Shown piece by piece: positions 23,250-35,800 of a stretch of DNA of 64,000 nt. Both the position numbers and the translations under genes were made by a program. This DNA comes from Lobosporangium transversale (taxonomy: Eukaryota): assembly GCF_002105155.1 (NCBI RefSeq), contig NW_019029019.1, forward strand, positions 248,001 through 312,000, read 5' to 3'. Positions within the stretch are counted from its first letter, which is position 1. Each line of letters starts with the position of its first letter. Below the pieces are notes generated by a model. That model saw only the letters and a list, made by a program, of their open reading frames with translations, was not told the origin of the DNA and ran no database searches.

Positions 23250-26200
23250 ATGGATTTACTATACGACACCCAAAAGTTGCAAGCTTTACTGAAGAAGGAC
23301 CAGGATATCAACTTGAGGAATGGCAAGGTGGACACCTTTAAGAGGGATGGATACCAGTCTGTTAGTCTGTACACCAAAAGGCTTGTAGAAATGTGTTCGT
23401 ACGAATTTCAGATCGAAGCAGCAAAGGCGCTGTTTGGCAAGATTCCAGACGACCGCAAGCACTGCCGTCTCGAACGCGTAAAAAATAAAGCCTATCGAGG
23501 CTTCACCGATGGCGAATTAAATGAAGACGATGGGGAACTTAATGAAGACAGTGACGATGGGGAACTTAATGAAGATAGTGGCGATGCTGACAGACCTAAC
23601 GTAGAGGGCTGGATCCTTGTTGAAGAGCCAGAGATATACAACCACAACGACATTGTCGTAGCTGTAATCACTAAGAGCTTTGGCGATGAAACAGGCTCCA
23701 AGCGATACATCGGCTGCTTGGAGCACATCTACAGGGACTGGCAAACTGGATCGAATGAATATACTTTTACATTTGACGCGAAAATATCATCTTCCAAGGA
23801 AATTGACGTGCTGATGTGGACGATTGGGAACCTTACAACCTACGAGCGTATTATGAATAGTCTCTCTAATGTGGATAAGATGAGCTGCATACCAAAGGTG
23901 CTTCTGAGAGGCCCTGCAACAGGCATTAGCTCCCTTATAGACGATACTCAACACACACAAACTGATGTACCCGAGTCGATGAACACAGCGCAGAAGGTTG
24001 CGATAACAAGGGCAACCCAGGGAGGCCCGCAGGATGTGGTGCTGGTTCAGGGCCCTCCTGGATGTGGTAAATCGACGGTAATCGTCGAAATGGTGCGTTT
24101 ACTCACCCCCCGTGTCCAGTCTAGCGCGAGAGTGCAGGTCCTGGTGTGTGCACAGACGAATGTTGCTGTGGTGGATCTTGCCTACAAGTATATCACCACT
24201 AACGAGCCTAAAAGCAAGTTTGAGTATGTTATGGTTATGAGACCACCCAAGATCATCGATAGCCACAAGAGAACAGTGCTCGAGCCATTTACAGTTACCG
24301 CTCGATATCACCAAGTTGTCAATGCTGTGTTGCACACCATCATACGCGTCTTTGGGTACACCCCCTTCGCATGTCATGGGAGCTCGGCAAGAGATGAAGT
24401 TAAGAGTATTGTAGCCACCGATTTCACGAGCTTTGTGGAAAGTGGTTTAATCAAGCTACTGCCTATGCGCGCCCGCGAATTCCTTTCTGGGCTGCCGTCT
24501 GCCGATTCGGCCCAGATGAAGCCTCTGATTTTTGGAATGCGCAACGAACTAGGGCCCTTTTTTAGGCGCGTTGACTTCAAATCATTGCTCGAACTGTGCG
24601 GTACTGGCCAGGGTACTGACATTCCACGCTCTAAACCCTTACCCATTTATGGATGGCTGAAACAAGCTCTTCTTCGTGCAGCTTCGGTCGCGTTTTGCAC
24701 AATTAATGTTGGGATATCGGCGACTTTTTGGGGAACCATGACCAACCTAAAGTATATCGTTGTCGACGAGGCAGCGCAGGCACTAGAGCCGGATGTGACT
24801 GCACTAATGTGCGTTGATTCGAGCTTTAGTCGCCTAATTTTGGTTGGAGATCCAATGCAGCTCCCAGGATATTGTACATCCAACCAAGGCAAGCGTGAGA
24901 TGATGGACCGCAGCCTCATGGAGCGTCTCCAGACATACCGGCTGTGCCATTCGACACTCCTCGATGTACAGTATCGCATGCATCAAGACATCTGTGCTTT
25001 CGTGTCCCGAACCTTCTACGATAACAGATTGACCTCCGACAAATCGATCCACGACAGGAACCCTGTTACAACACTACCAGCAGTTATGCACGTTATGTTC
25101 CTGGGATCCCAGGCAAGCCAGTCGAGAATCACGACAACGAGCGTGGTGAATATCGACGAGGCTAGATACATTGTTGCCCATGTATTCAGTGTGCTGTTGT
25201 CGTCCAGGCAAAAGCAAGCTCCTTTGACTAATCCTGTGACTAAATCAAGCACGTTTGATAAGATGGCGGTGACACTTCCGCAAAAGGTAGAGGCGCGACA
25301 GCCTGCAGAGGCCCCCACGACCACCATTGGGATCATATGTATCTACAAGCCGCAAGCCAACGTTATACAGTATCTAGTCGACAGAATGCTGTCCCAAGGA
25401 GCCTATAAAGGACTTGGATTTAACATAGTCGTTAACACTATAGATTCATTCCAGGGGCAGGAGTGCGACATTATCTATGTGGCACTTACAAGAACTACAC
25501 AAGTTAACGATTTTATGGGCGATCCTAACCGTGTTAACGTCGCAATTTCGAGAGCTCGGCATCATCTAATTGTAGTGGGAGACGTGAGTCTTTCGCTAAC
25601 AGACAAACAAGGCGCATCATTATCTTACTGGCATAGCCTGTGTGTGGACAAGAGCTCAATGATTATCGAACAAAAGTACATCAAGAACGTACCTCCGTAC
25701 GAAGGACCAGAGAGTGTTACTACTATGAGGACTGCGGCAATGCCAGCAGCGCCGGCCACAATCAAAAAGCTCATAGCTAGGGGACTGAATGCCACAACTT
25801 CTATTTGGACCATCCACTACGAGAGACTTATGATAGACCCGAAAACTCCGCAAGGAATCCATATACTCGAATATGTCGTGCAAGCACTAGCCAGTGGAGA
25901 TTTTGACACGGGCAATGGTGGTAGAACAACAAGGCCTTTATTCCGCAGCAAACAAAAGGGGGCAGCTCTATTTTTCGTTACCAGAGTGTGTGATAAAGTG
26001 TGCCTTGCGTGGACCGTGATAGTGCACAGGCAGCGTCAGGCCATTGAACTCTTTGGCATTGGAGACAAAACATTCGTCGAGAAGAAGGTTTGGCCATCGC
26101 TCCGTCGCGACAACGAAAGACAACCGGAATGGGAGCTCTCTGCGTCTATGAGCCTGTGGTCGTCCGGTACAAGCGTAGACCTCTCCAAGGATATGCCAAA

Positions 26201-28856
26201 AAGTACGTCGCTGCTCTATGTACCCGCAGATATAGATCCTCCTGCCACCGATGTATTGGCAGATGTATCAGAAAATGGTCGTATGATCGATCACGGCCAT
26301 ATTAAAGCCATGGCGTCCATGAGGTCCAGACCCATTATGATCCTTGGAGGTGGGGGTACTGGCAAGACGGAGTGCATGTTGGGTATGATCGAGCAGCAAC
26401 TGGACATGGATGCAGACTTTGACAACATGCAGCTTTATTTAGGAGCAACAGATTCGTTAGCCAACTGGTCGTCAATGAGGCTATTAAAACGGGAGAGTAT
26501 AACGGAACAGGGCTTTAAGATGGTATCGTTCACCAGTCTTCCATCTCTACTCACAAAGCTCTACATACACGGGAAGCTTTTTGTGGATCGAGACGTCTTT
26601 AGGTCCGAATACATGGATGCCATGCCTGCAATGGTCCGCAGTATTGGCGCCGATGAGCTCTACGATGCTATCCTCGCACGCATGGATATAGAGGCACAAA
26701 ACAGTACTAGGTCTAGGTTCCTTAGGTCAGAGCACAAGACAGCGCACAAGGTGTACAAATCGATCAAAGCATTGCGTGGCCACATCGACGCTTACGACCT
26801 TCACGCATTCGTTAAGCGAGACCCGCAACGAGTAGTGGCCATGGCATCGAAGATTGCACGCATCTACTTAGATGAGGTCCAGGATATATCGTGGACAATG
26901 TGGTCCGTAATTGAGATAATGCTGTCTGCAGGCACCTCAAGCGTGGTGTGTGCTGGTGATTTTACACAACGACTTACACCAGGGATTCCGGTTAATGGCA
27001 TAAAGACGCTTATTTATAAACACATCCCAAAGAGTATGAAAACCATTGGATTTAAGAAAAATTATCGATCGGACCCTAGCATTATATCGCTCGCCAATCG
27101 TATTCAATCGTACACACGCATGAGGGAACATGCAATGGAACCGTCCCTCTACCCTCAGGAAAGCAGCAACTCCGTGAGACTGGTAGAGATACAGGACATT
27201 AAGCATGAAAATGTAGCCGATGTGTTGCGCTATATCGGAGTACCATCCAACAACTACAAAGCTGCGATCATCACATCGTCGTCATGGGCACATCGGCTTC
27301 GTGAGTCTTTGGGTAAATCTCACAATGTCTTTAGTGCTTACGAATGCAAGGGCCTCGAGTTCGACCTTGTTGTGTGTTGGGATCTCTTCAACCCAAGCAT
27401 GGATGTAAAAACATCGACTCTAAGGCGTAACATGGGGACTGCCGCGTTGGATAGAGGCAATATTGAGGGAGATGAGAACTTCGAGATATACTTGAACCAC
27501 CTTTACGTAACCGTTACAAGGGCACGCAAGCATCTTATAATGGTCGTCCCATCGTGTGATAGAACCAGTATTATGATCAGGGCACTCGGGATTAACGATG
27601 TCGTCCATTACAGCGAGGTCCAGGAGCGTGGGCCTCTGCCTGAAATCACCCTTCTAGTTGACGAGCTCAGCGTGTCTGACGACGATCTAAGAATGGCGAT
27701 TGTAATGAGAGAGAGAGGATTGCTCCAGCAGGCCCTCAACGTCTTTGAGCAGCACGGCAACGCCGCACAAGCAGGATTTACGAGAGCTCTAATCCACCGA
27801 AAAGAGCACAGGCTTCGCGGGGAAGATCGGGAGATCCAGCTTTGTATTTCTGAGTGTTACGGTGTAATCGAGGTATTGCAACAGTCGACGGATAGTGTTC
27901 TCAAAATCGAGGATGTAAAGATATTCCTTACCCAGGCACTGGTCGCTGATAAGCAGTATGCTGAAGCATGTCTGCTTTACAAGGAATTGGAGATGGAAGA
28001 TGAGCTGGTCGCGTGTCTAATCGAGGCAGTCGAATCAAAGTCTGGAGATGTGGTGCGGCTGCGAGATCTAATACGCGAAAAAGCTATAGATATCTCAGAG
28101 CATTTCAAGGACAACAAGAGATACGCAAAATTTGTTGTTGCGTTAATGCTTGTATTTAAATCCTCGTCTGTAGATATAGTTCAGTCGATGATCACGCACA
28201 TTCCATTCAAGACAGGCCTTACTATGATGCATAACTCCCTGGTAGAAGTCAATGAAAGCATATACCCTATATGGGAAGTATTCCGAAGAAGGAAGTCGCT
28301 GCAGTCAAAAGAACTGACATTCTTAGAATGGAGCTTATTGCGACGCCTGGATGGCCAATACGCCAACGAAGACTTGGTTTACATTACATCTACTGGTTGC
28401 TTGTCAGAATCCCAGTCGCCGATGGCGTGTCTATTCGTCGGGCCTAGAAACAACAAGACTACAAATACCTTATCGCTTCATATCCAATCGGGTGCTATGC
28501 TAAAGTCGTGTCGATCGCTGGAAGTGCCCTTGAGGCATGCGGCAACGAAGATGAGAGAACTCTCGTGCCCTCTGACAGATTTTATGGCACTCCATTACCA
28601 ACTAAGCGGAGAAGAGGCAATGTACCTGCTTGTCGAGGCGTACAAGATGCATAAGCTGGAGATGAGGGGTAGCGAGCATCAACTCGCGCTCTTTAGATGG
28701 TGTGCTAAGATGTGTGGAGGTATGAACATCATCGAGATGATCTGCACCACGCTTAGGGAGGATAAAGGGATGCTGACCGCCATCTACAATCCAGGCAACA
28801 CTTCAAACGCAACACAGAAAGCACTCCTTCGTGTGTTAGACGAGAGAGATTTATAG
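23250..28856 (+). CDS. Dual-helicase protein copy 2, 1868 aa
   Basis: Both helicase motif sets intact; diverged N-terminal half. Confidence 0.93.
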   Translation: MDLLYDTQKLQALLKKDQDINLRNGKVDTFKRDGYQSVSLYTKRLVEMCSYEFQIEAAKALFGKIPDDRKHCRLERVKNKAYRGFTDGELNEDDGELNEDSDDGELNEDSGDADRPNVEGWILVEEPEIYNHNDIVVAVITKSFGDETGSKRYIGCLEHIYRDWQTGSNEYTFTFDAKISSSKEIDVLMWTIGNLTTYERIMNSLSNVDKMSCIPKVLLRGPATGISSLIDDTQHTQTDVPESMNTAQKVAITRATQGGPQDVVLVQGPPGCGKSTVIVEMVRLLTPRVQSSARVQVLVCAQTNVAVVDLAYKYITTNEPKSKFEYVMVMRPPKIIDSHKRTVLEPFTVTARYHQVVNAVLHTIIRVFGYTPFACHGSSARDEVKSIVATDFTSFVESGLIKLLPMRAREFLSGLPSADSAQMKPLIFGMRNELGPFFRRVDFKSLLELCGTGQGTDIPRSKPLPIYGWLKQALLRAASVAFCTINVGISATFWGTMTNLKYIVVDEAAQALEPDVTALMCVDSSFSRLILVGDPMQLPGYCTSNQGKREMMDRSLMERLQTYRLCHSTLLDVQYRMHQDICAFVSRTFYDNRLTSDKSIHDRNPVTTLPAVMHVMFLGSQASQSRITTTSVVNIDEARYIVAHVFSVLLSSRQKQAPLTNPVTKSSTFDKMAVTLPQKVEARQPAEAPTTTIGIICIYKPQANVIQYLVDRMLSQGAYKGLGFNIVVNTIDSFQGQECDIIYVALTRTTQVNDFMGDPNRVNVAISRARHHLIVVGDVSLSLTDKQGASLSYWHSLCVDKSSMIIEQKYIKNVPPYEGPESVTTMRTAAMPAAPATIKKLIARGLNATTSIWTIHYERLMIDPKTPQGIHILEYVVQALASGDFDTGNGGRTTRPLFRSKQKGAALFFVTRVCDKVCLAWTVIVHRQRQAIELFGIGDKTFVEKKVWPSLRRDNERQPEWELSASMSLWSSGTSVDLSKDMPKSTSLLYVPADIDPPATDVLADVSENGRMIDHGHIKAMASMRSRPIMILGGGGTGKTECMLGMIEQQLDMDADFDNMQLYLGATDSLANWSSMRLLKRESITEQGFKMVSFTSLPSLLTKLYIHGKLFVDRDVFRSEYMDAMPAMVRSIGADELYDAILARMDIEAQNSTRSRFLRSEHKTAHKVYKSIKALRGHIDAYDLHAFVKRDPQRVVAMASKIARIYLDEVQDISWTMWSVIEIMLSAGTSSVVCAGDFTQRLTPGIPVNGIKTLIYKHIPKSMKTIGFKKNYRSDPSIISLANRIQSYTRMREHAMEPSLYPQESSNSVRLVEIQDIKHENVADVLRYIGVPSNNYKAAIITSSSWAHRLRESLGKSHNVFSAYECKGLEFDLVVCWDLFNPSMDVKTSTLRRNMGTAALDRGNIEGDENFEIYLNHLYVTVTRARKHLIMVVPSCDRTSIMIRALGINDVVHYSEVQERGPLPEITLLVDELSVSDDDLRMAIVMRERGLLQQALNVFEQHGNAAQAGFTRALIHRKEHRLRGEDREIQLCISECYGVIEVLQQSTDSVLKIEDVKIFLTQALVADKQYAEACLLYKELEMEDELVACLIEAVESKSGDVVRLRDLIREKAIDISEHFKDNKRYAKFVVALMLVFKSSSVDIVQSMITHIPFKTGLTMMHNSLVEVNESIYPIWEVFRRRKSLQSKELTFLEWSLLRRLDGQYANEDLVYITSTGCLSESQSPMACLFVGPRNNKTTNTLSLHIQSGAMLKSCRSLEVPLRHAATKMRELSCPLTDFMALHYQLSGEEAMYLLVEAYKMHKLEMRGSEHQLALFRWCAKMCGGMNIIEMICTTLREDKGMLTAIYNPGNTSNATQKALLRVLDERDL

Positions 28857-29017
28857 GTACGTTAGGCTAGGTTTATCTGATTTCGGATCCATCGAGCATT
28901 ATATATCATAGGTGATCCACATCCTTTTAAAATAAAACACTTTGATTTTATCTTGACCATGGTTTGGTATTTGGTATAAATGTGGCATTGTGAAGATCTC
29001 GAGTTTTATTTCAAGTT

Positions 29018-29050
<33 letters not shown>

Positions 29051-29860
29051 CAACATGCTGAAGATGTGTTGTCTGCTAGAGATTTGGTTATTTTGGGCTG
29101 TAGAATTCTATTACGTTGCCTAAGATCATATGCGTGGGATTTTTTGTTTGGCCATTTGTTATTTGCTCTGCGGCTCGTGCGTAGCGGTAGCCGAAATAGC
29201 GGCATCATCTATTTCTATTAAAGTCGCAGGGATTGTAAAGCCTTCAAACCCAGCTTGATAGTTTTTTTATTCTTTTGAATAAATAGGCTTTTATCCTTCC
29301 AAAAATGACTAGAACTCAACGATGGGTCCCCTCAGCCCTTGATACATAATGTAAAAGACATCAATGAAGGGTTTTCTCAGCCCTTGATGCATAGAATAAG
29401 CAGAGCTTAATGCCAATGACAGATTTCTTCAACCATTCATATATGTACATGATATATTTGATGATACTCAAAGCCGTAATATATCTCTGTAAAATGCCTG
29501 GGGGACCATCACTTTTGAGGAGCTGTGGGATTTCATTCACATTTGTTTTTTAATTTAGAAACATTACCTGTGTCCCGCGATAGACTTGATTTTATACATT
29601 TATTATTTAGTGCTTTTTTTAGTCTACACTACACTAATATCATCGCCATGAAGTGCCAGCACGGATCGAAAATTCATCTGACGAGATATCGTAATCTTAA
29701 AGAGACCCAAAACCATACTCCTCGAGCCCCATTTCGAACGTCAACAACCCCTCCCCTCTACTTTTACCCTTCCCTTACAAAACATGATGCCGTTCAAGGC
29801 CACGGGCATACATCTTCCGGAAATAACCAATCTTGATAGTGGCTTGTTTCAACCATTTAT

Positions 29861-30124
29861 TGTTGGAAAATTAAGGGGTAGGAATGATAGGAGATTTTGA
29901 GTCGTTTTGATGGTTTATGAAGCCGGCCACTTCCAGCTACAGATAAATGAAATAACTCTCTTAGACAATAAAAGAACAACACTACTCGAAGACTGAACGA
30001 GAACAGTCAGTACTCAAATAGCTCTTGTGTAAAAGAAGAAACAAAGAGCCAGATTTTCCTGAGCTGTTGCTCGTTAAGTAGTTGGTGGCGAACCCTCTCC
30101 ACGTGACTAAAACTAAAACCAACA
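29861..30124. mobile_element. Solo LTR (264 bp)
   Basis: TGTTGG...CCAACA termini; absent from homologous sites at ~9655 and ~39200. TSD imperfect. Confidence 0.7.
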
Positions 30125-30404
30125 ATATGGTCGATGGGCTCTTTCGATCATCGTTTATGAGCCTGCTCCGTCTGTGCCCTCCAAAAAGAAAAAAGAGAAA
30201 AAAAAGGGGGTTTGAAGGAATATGGCTGTTAACTCAACCCTTTCACACATGCCCTATCACAAATAATTCAGTCTGCTGGCTCTCCTATTACATAAGACCA
30301 TTGCCATGAAGGATCGTAATACCAAGATTTTACTAGGTCAACATTTTTTTTTAAAGTCACATAAACTGCAGAGAAATATATTTTTTTGTTTCTCATGAAT
30401 GCTT

Positions 30405-30584
30405 TGATACCGACCGAGGCGGCAGGCATGGGTAGCACGTAACCCGGCGCTTCGAGGCAAGGGTAGATTGCTTACCACCACCAGAGTTCCAGAGAAGACC
30501 TGAGACGATATCAAGGCCTATATCGATACTCAGAGTTGCCGTCGAGTATTCTTAAATGACTTTTTCGGCAATATTCACAGAGAT
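30405..30584 (+). pseudogene. RecQ-like fragment (truncated copy)
   Basis: Homologous to 15330-15510. Confidence 0.55.
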
Positions 30585-31660
30585 AGCAGAGAAGGCGATA
30601 AAGAAGGCGGTCATAAAACCAAGGAGCAAAATCCCATCAGTGATTTCCCTATTTATATGCCCTATTAATGTGTATCGAGCGTTGGAGAAAACAATCGCAA
30701 AGAGCGACGTTAGCAGAGTGTATGGTCTTCAGAACATGTATCAGGACATTGCTGAAGTGGATGACAATATGAGGTTTGAGAGGGAGCTTGCCGGGTTTGA
30801 GTGCACCTTTGCGGACGTTTATTCATAAGATCCGATTTGGCAGAGAACTACTGCTGACGTGGACTCAACTAGTAGATTTCAAGAGGTTCCTAGCCATCAT
30901 GACATACAGGAGCGAGCGCCGGAGGGAACAGTATTACGAGTGTCGATTTGACACTTCTATCGATTCGAAAACACATGTCCCAAAACAATATTGACAGAGT
31001 TCAAGACGTATGGTTCGAGAATCTCAAATGGATCATCAAGACCCCTTACGACGAAATCATTAAGGAGAGCTCAGCTATCGAGCCAAAAGTATCAAGACTC
31101 CCATGGATACTATGTTTGCTTTGAGCAAATATAAAGGACCTATTCATGTCCCAGAACTTATAGGCTATTACCACCTAGTGTGGAACTACGTGTTTGTTTG
31201 GCAAGTGGAAGAAGACTCTAACTGACAAGTGCTTTGGTGCGTTCGAAGATGAGAATGCTATTCACTTCCACAACTTCTATGTTGTGTCTCCGAAATATAT
31301 AGTCATCCTTGTGAACTGTCTTTACATGTGGGACCTTATAAAGACCGTGGGTCTCCGGAAGTCGTGGTCTGGAGGCGAGCTTCATGCCAATTCAGTTGTC
31401 ATCTATACAAAAAAGTCTATGAGAGGCGCGGAAGACTTTACTCCAACAGACGTATTCAAATACAAAAGGATTGTCGTCCCAAAAGAGAAGGTATATCTCG
31501 GCAACAGTATCATTTTGGGTGGAGGTACATAACATACAAGTTCAATATCTCCATATACAAATCCTTAAGATATTACGATAAGGCTAAGGGATCTTTATAT
31601 ACTCACAAATTTGATTGCCGTTACATAAAGCGCGAAGTATTAGAATATGACGACATTTTA
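30579..31660 (+). pseudogene. DUF4238 pseudogene
   Basis: Homologous to 18466-19530; multiple frameshifts; 5' end deleted. Confidence 0.8.
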
Positions 31661-32896
31661 TTTTATGTATTTTTATTTCCAATGCATCTTATCCTGATGG
31701 GTGCGGCTCCTACACTATGGCTAGCTCGATGTAATAACAGTTCCTGCTGAGAAGAAAGAACGAAAACATAAAAAGGCAACTATCTGTGTGGATCAATAAT
31801 GGATGGAGGATGGAGGAAGAAAGTAGTCTGTGTAAGTCTTTGAGGAAAGGGGTGTGCCAGAAGATAACACAATAATATTTATAGGGTTTTGACAACGTCA
31901 ACACCATTTACAGTGGACATTGGTGTTTAAAGAACACATGTTTAGTGCTATTTTACTATACCAACCCCTGCTTGTGTAGAGGATGTGTTTGCCAAGTAAC
32001 CAAAAAATAAGCGGAGCGATGTTTGGTTGCTTTGAGGCATAAACCAAACAATAGATACTGTCATGTTTATTCTTCGATCTTTATCAACTGCTGGGATAAA
32101 CTATTGTAGAGGGAGAATGGGTACAGAACATCATGTAAGACCGTTCCTTGTCCAAATAATCATCGGATCAATCTCCTTGGTGATGAAAGAGGGCTCTTGC
32201 TGATTATCCTCCGAAAGGAAAAAAAAAACATCAAGAAGTAGAAAGGATTTCCACAAACAGATTTGGTATGGAAAAAATGCTAACGTGTACGTTCCTGCGT
32301 TTGCTTGTATTCAGGTGCTATACTTTGAAATGTGCTATTTTTTTCTTTGAGCCAAGGATATGTTTTATTATATCTTTGATGCCTCTATCACCTCGCTCAC
32401 TCAGCTCTTTTGTCTTTTCTCTGTTCTTCATACGGAATCAGGACAATCATCCCTACACTTGCATCGATTCACATTCTTTTTTCAATTGCTTCCTCCATTA
32501 CTTCTTTGAACCATCAGTCATTGTGACTGTTTTTGAAGACGCGTTTATTTTATTTGCGCCACTGAACTTGGAATTAGTTTGACAAACGTTAAGGTAATGG
32601 TGATAGCAAATAGTCATTTGAGATGTGGGGTGAGTGTAGAGGTGTTGGCGACCCAGGGTTAATCATTTTTACATTGGACATTGTGTGCGATGTAAGTCGA
32701 CCTGGGTTCTAACTGGCGCACACTTTTTCTATGTCGACCTTGCTTTAAAAGCGGCTCAACTTTATTTCGATTTATGGCACAAAATATGATGTTCGATGAT
32801 GTACTGTTATTAACCATTTCTTTCTTTTCTCTCTCTTTTTTTTGGGGATAAAAACCAAATAGAAAAAAAGAACCTCCGAGGTCTTGTGCGTTTTCA

Positions 32897-35800
32897 ATGG
32901 ATTTACTATACGACACCCAAAAGTTGCGAGCTTTACTTGAGAAGGACCAGAAGATCAACTTGAGGAAAGGCACGGTAGACACGTTTAAAGAAAATGGGTA
33001 TGAATCCGTTGACCTGTATACCAAAAGACTAGTAGACATGTGCTCGTACGAATTTCAGATCGAAGCAGCAAAGGCACTGTTTGGCAAGATTCCAGACGAC
33101 CACGATATCCGCCAACTCAGACGCGTAAAAAATAACGCCTTTCGGGGTCCCACCGATGACGAACTGAATGAAGATGATGGAAAACCAAATGGAGACAGTG
33201 GCGAGGTTGACGGGCCTGACGCAGAGGACTGGGTTCTTACCGGGGAGCCGGAGATGTACAACTATAAAGACATTGTCATAGCTGCAATCACTAAGAGTTT
33301 TGGCGACGAGACAGACCCCGAGCGGTACATCGGTTACGTGAGCCATATTTCCAAGATCCCACAAAGCGGCCTCCGTAGATATTTTTTTACATTTGACGCG
33401 CAAATATCTTCTTCCCAAGATATTGACGTGTTAATGTGGACGATTGGAAACCTTACATCCTACGAGCGTGTTGTGAATAGCCTTTCCGATAAGGATGCGA
33501 TGAGGTCGATACCAAAGCTATTTTTAAAAGCTCCTGTGACAGACATTAGCCCCCTTACAGACGATACTGTAGACATTCCAGATGGTGTGCCCGAGTCGAT
33601 GAATCAATCGCAAAAAGTTGCGATATCAAGGGCAATCCAGGAAGATGGGGACAAGGTGGTGCTGATCCAGGGTCCTCCTGGATGCGGTAAATCGACGACT
33701 ATCGCTGAAATGATCCATTTACTTACCTCTCATGACCGAGGTAACACAGGAATGCAGGTTCTGGCGTGTGCACAGACGAACGTTGCTGTGGCGGATCTTG
33801 CGTTTAAGTATGTTACCACTAAAAAGCCTGCCAATTTTAAGTGTGTTATGGATATGAGGCCACCCAAGATAACCGATAGCCGCAAGAGAGCTGTGCTTGA
33901 GCCATTTACAATTACCGCCCGATATCACCAAGTTGTCAATGCTGTGTTGCATACCATCATACGCGTCTTTGGGCGTACCCCCACCGCGTGTCACGGGAGC
34001 ACGACAAGAAATGAAGTTAGGAGTATTGTGGCCTCCGATTTCAGGAAGTGTATGGAAAGTGGTTTAATCAAGCTACTGCCTCCGAAAGCCTGTAAGCTTC
34101 TTATGTCTATGGAGGCTGCGATCAGCGATTCTGCGCTGCCGTCTACCGATTTGACTCAGGTGAAACGTCTTGTTTCAGGAATGCGCAACGAACTAGAGCT
34201 CTTTTTTGAACCCGTCGAGCTTGAGTCGTTGCTCGAACTTTGCAGTGTTGATCAGCATACCGGCTCGTCGCCACGCTCTAAAACCATACCTATTTACGGG
34301 TGGGTGAAGCAAGCTCTTCTCGACGAAGCGTCTGTCGTATTTTGCACGATTAATATTGGGATATCGTTGACTTTTAAGAGACGCCTGGAAAGACTAGCGT
34401 ATATCGTTGTCGATGAGGCAGCGCAGGCGCTAGAGCCAGATGTGGCTGCACTAATGTGTGTTGATTCGTACTTTCGCCGCCTAATTTTGGTTGGAGACCC
34501 AAAGCAGCTTCGAGGATATTGTGCGTCCAACCGAGGCAAGCGCGAGATGATGGACCGCAGCCTCATGGAGCGCCTCCAGACATACCGGCTGTGCCATTCT
34601 ACACTCCTCGATGTGCAATATCGCATGCATCAAGACATCTGCAATTTCGTGTCTCGAACCTTCTACGATAACAGATTGACCTCCGATGCGTCGATTCAAA
34701 GCAGGAGAGCTGTTACAGCACTAGCACCTATTATGCACGTTATGTTCCTGGGATCTCAGATGGCACAATCGACAATCACGACAACGAGCGTGGTGAATAT
34801 CGACGAGGCTAGATACATTGTTGCCCATGTATTCAAGGTGTTATTGCAATCCAGGCAGAATCAAGTCCTCTTGACTAATACTGTGACTAAGTCAATCTCT
34901 TATGCTGCCGTGACGAAAAACACAGAAAAGGTAGAGACGCGACAGCCTGTAGAGGTCGCCAAGATCACTATCGGGATCATATGTATCTACAAGGCACAGG
35001 CCAACGTTATACGCTGTCTAGTCGAGAAGTCTCAAAACGCCTATAAAGGATTTGGAGCCGAAATAGTAGTTAACACCATAGATTCGTTTCAGGGGCAGGA
35101 GTGCGACATTATCTATGTAGCGCTTACAAGGACTACACAAATTAACACTTTTATGGACAATGCTAATCGCGTTAACGTCGCAATTTCGAGAGCTCGGCAC
35201 CATCTGATTGTAGTGGGAGATGCAAAACTTTCGCTGGCAGCCAAACAAGACGCCCCATCATCCTACTGGCATAGCCTGTGTATGGGCAGAAGATCCATGG
35301 TTATCGAACCAAAGTACATCAGGAGCATGCCTCAATACGATGGGCCGGAACGCGTTACTGTTATGAAGGCTGCGGTAATACAAGCAGCGCCGGCCACAAT
35401 CAAAGAGATCATAGCTAAGGGACTGGCTGCCACAACTCCCATTTGGACTATCCACTACGAGAGACTCACGATAGACCCGAAAACCCCGCAAGGGATCCAT
35501 ATACTCGAATATGTCGTGCAAGCACTAGCCAGTGGAGATTTTGACACGGGAAATGGCGGTAGGACAACAAGACCCTTATTCGGTAAAAAACAAAAAGGGG
35601 CATCCCTGTTTTTCGTTACCACAGTGTGTGGGGTAGTGTGCCTTGCGTGGACCGTGAGAGTGCACGGGCAGCGCCAGGCCATTGAGCTTCTTGGCATCGG
35701 AGACAAAACATTCGTTGAAAAGACGGCCTGGCCGTTGCTCCGTCGCGACATCGAAGGGCAACCGGAATGGAAACTCTTTGCGTCTATGAGCCTGTGGTCG

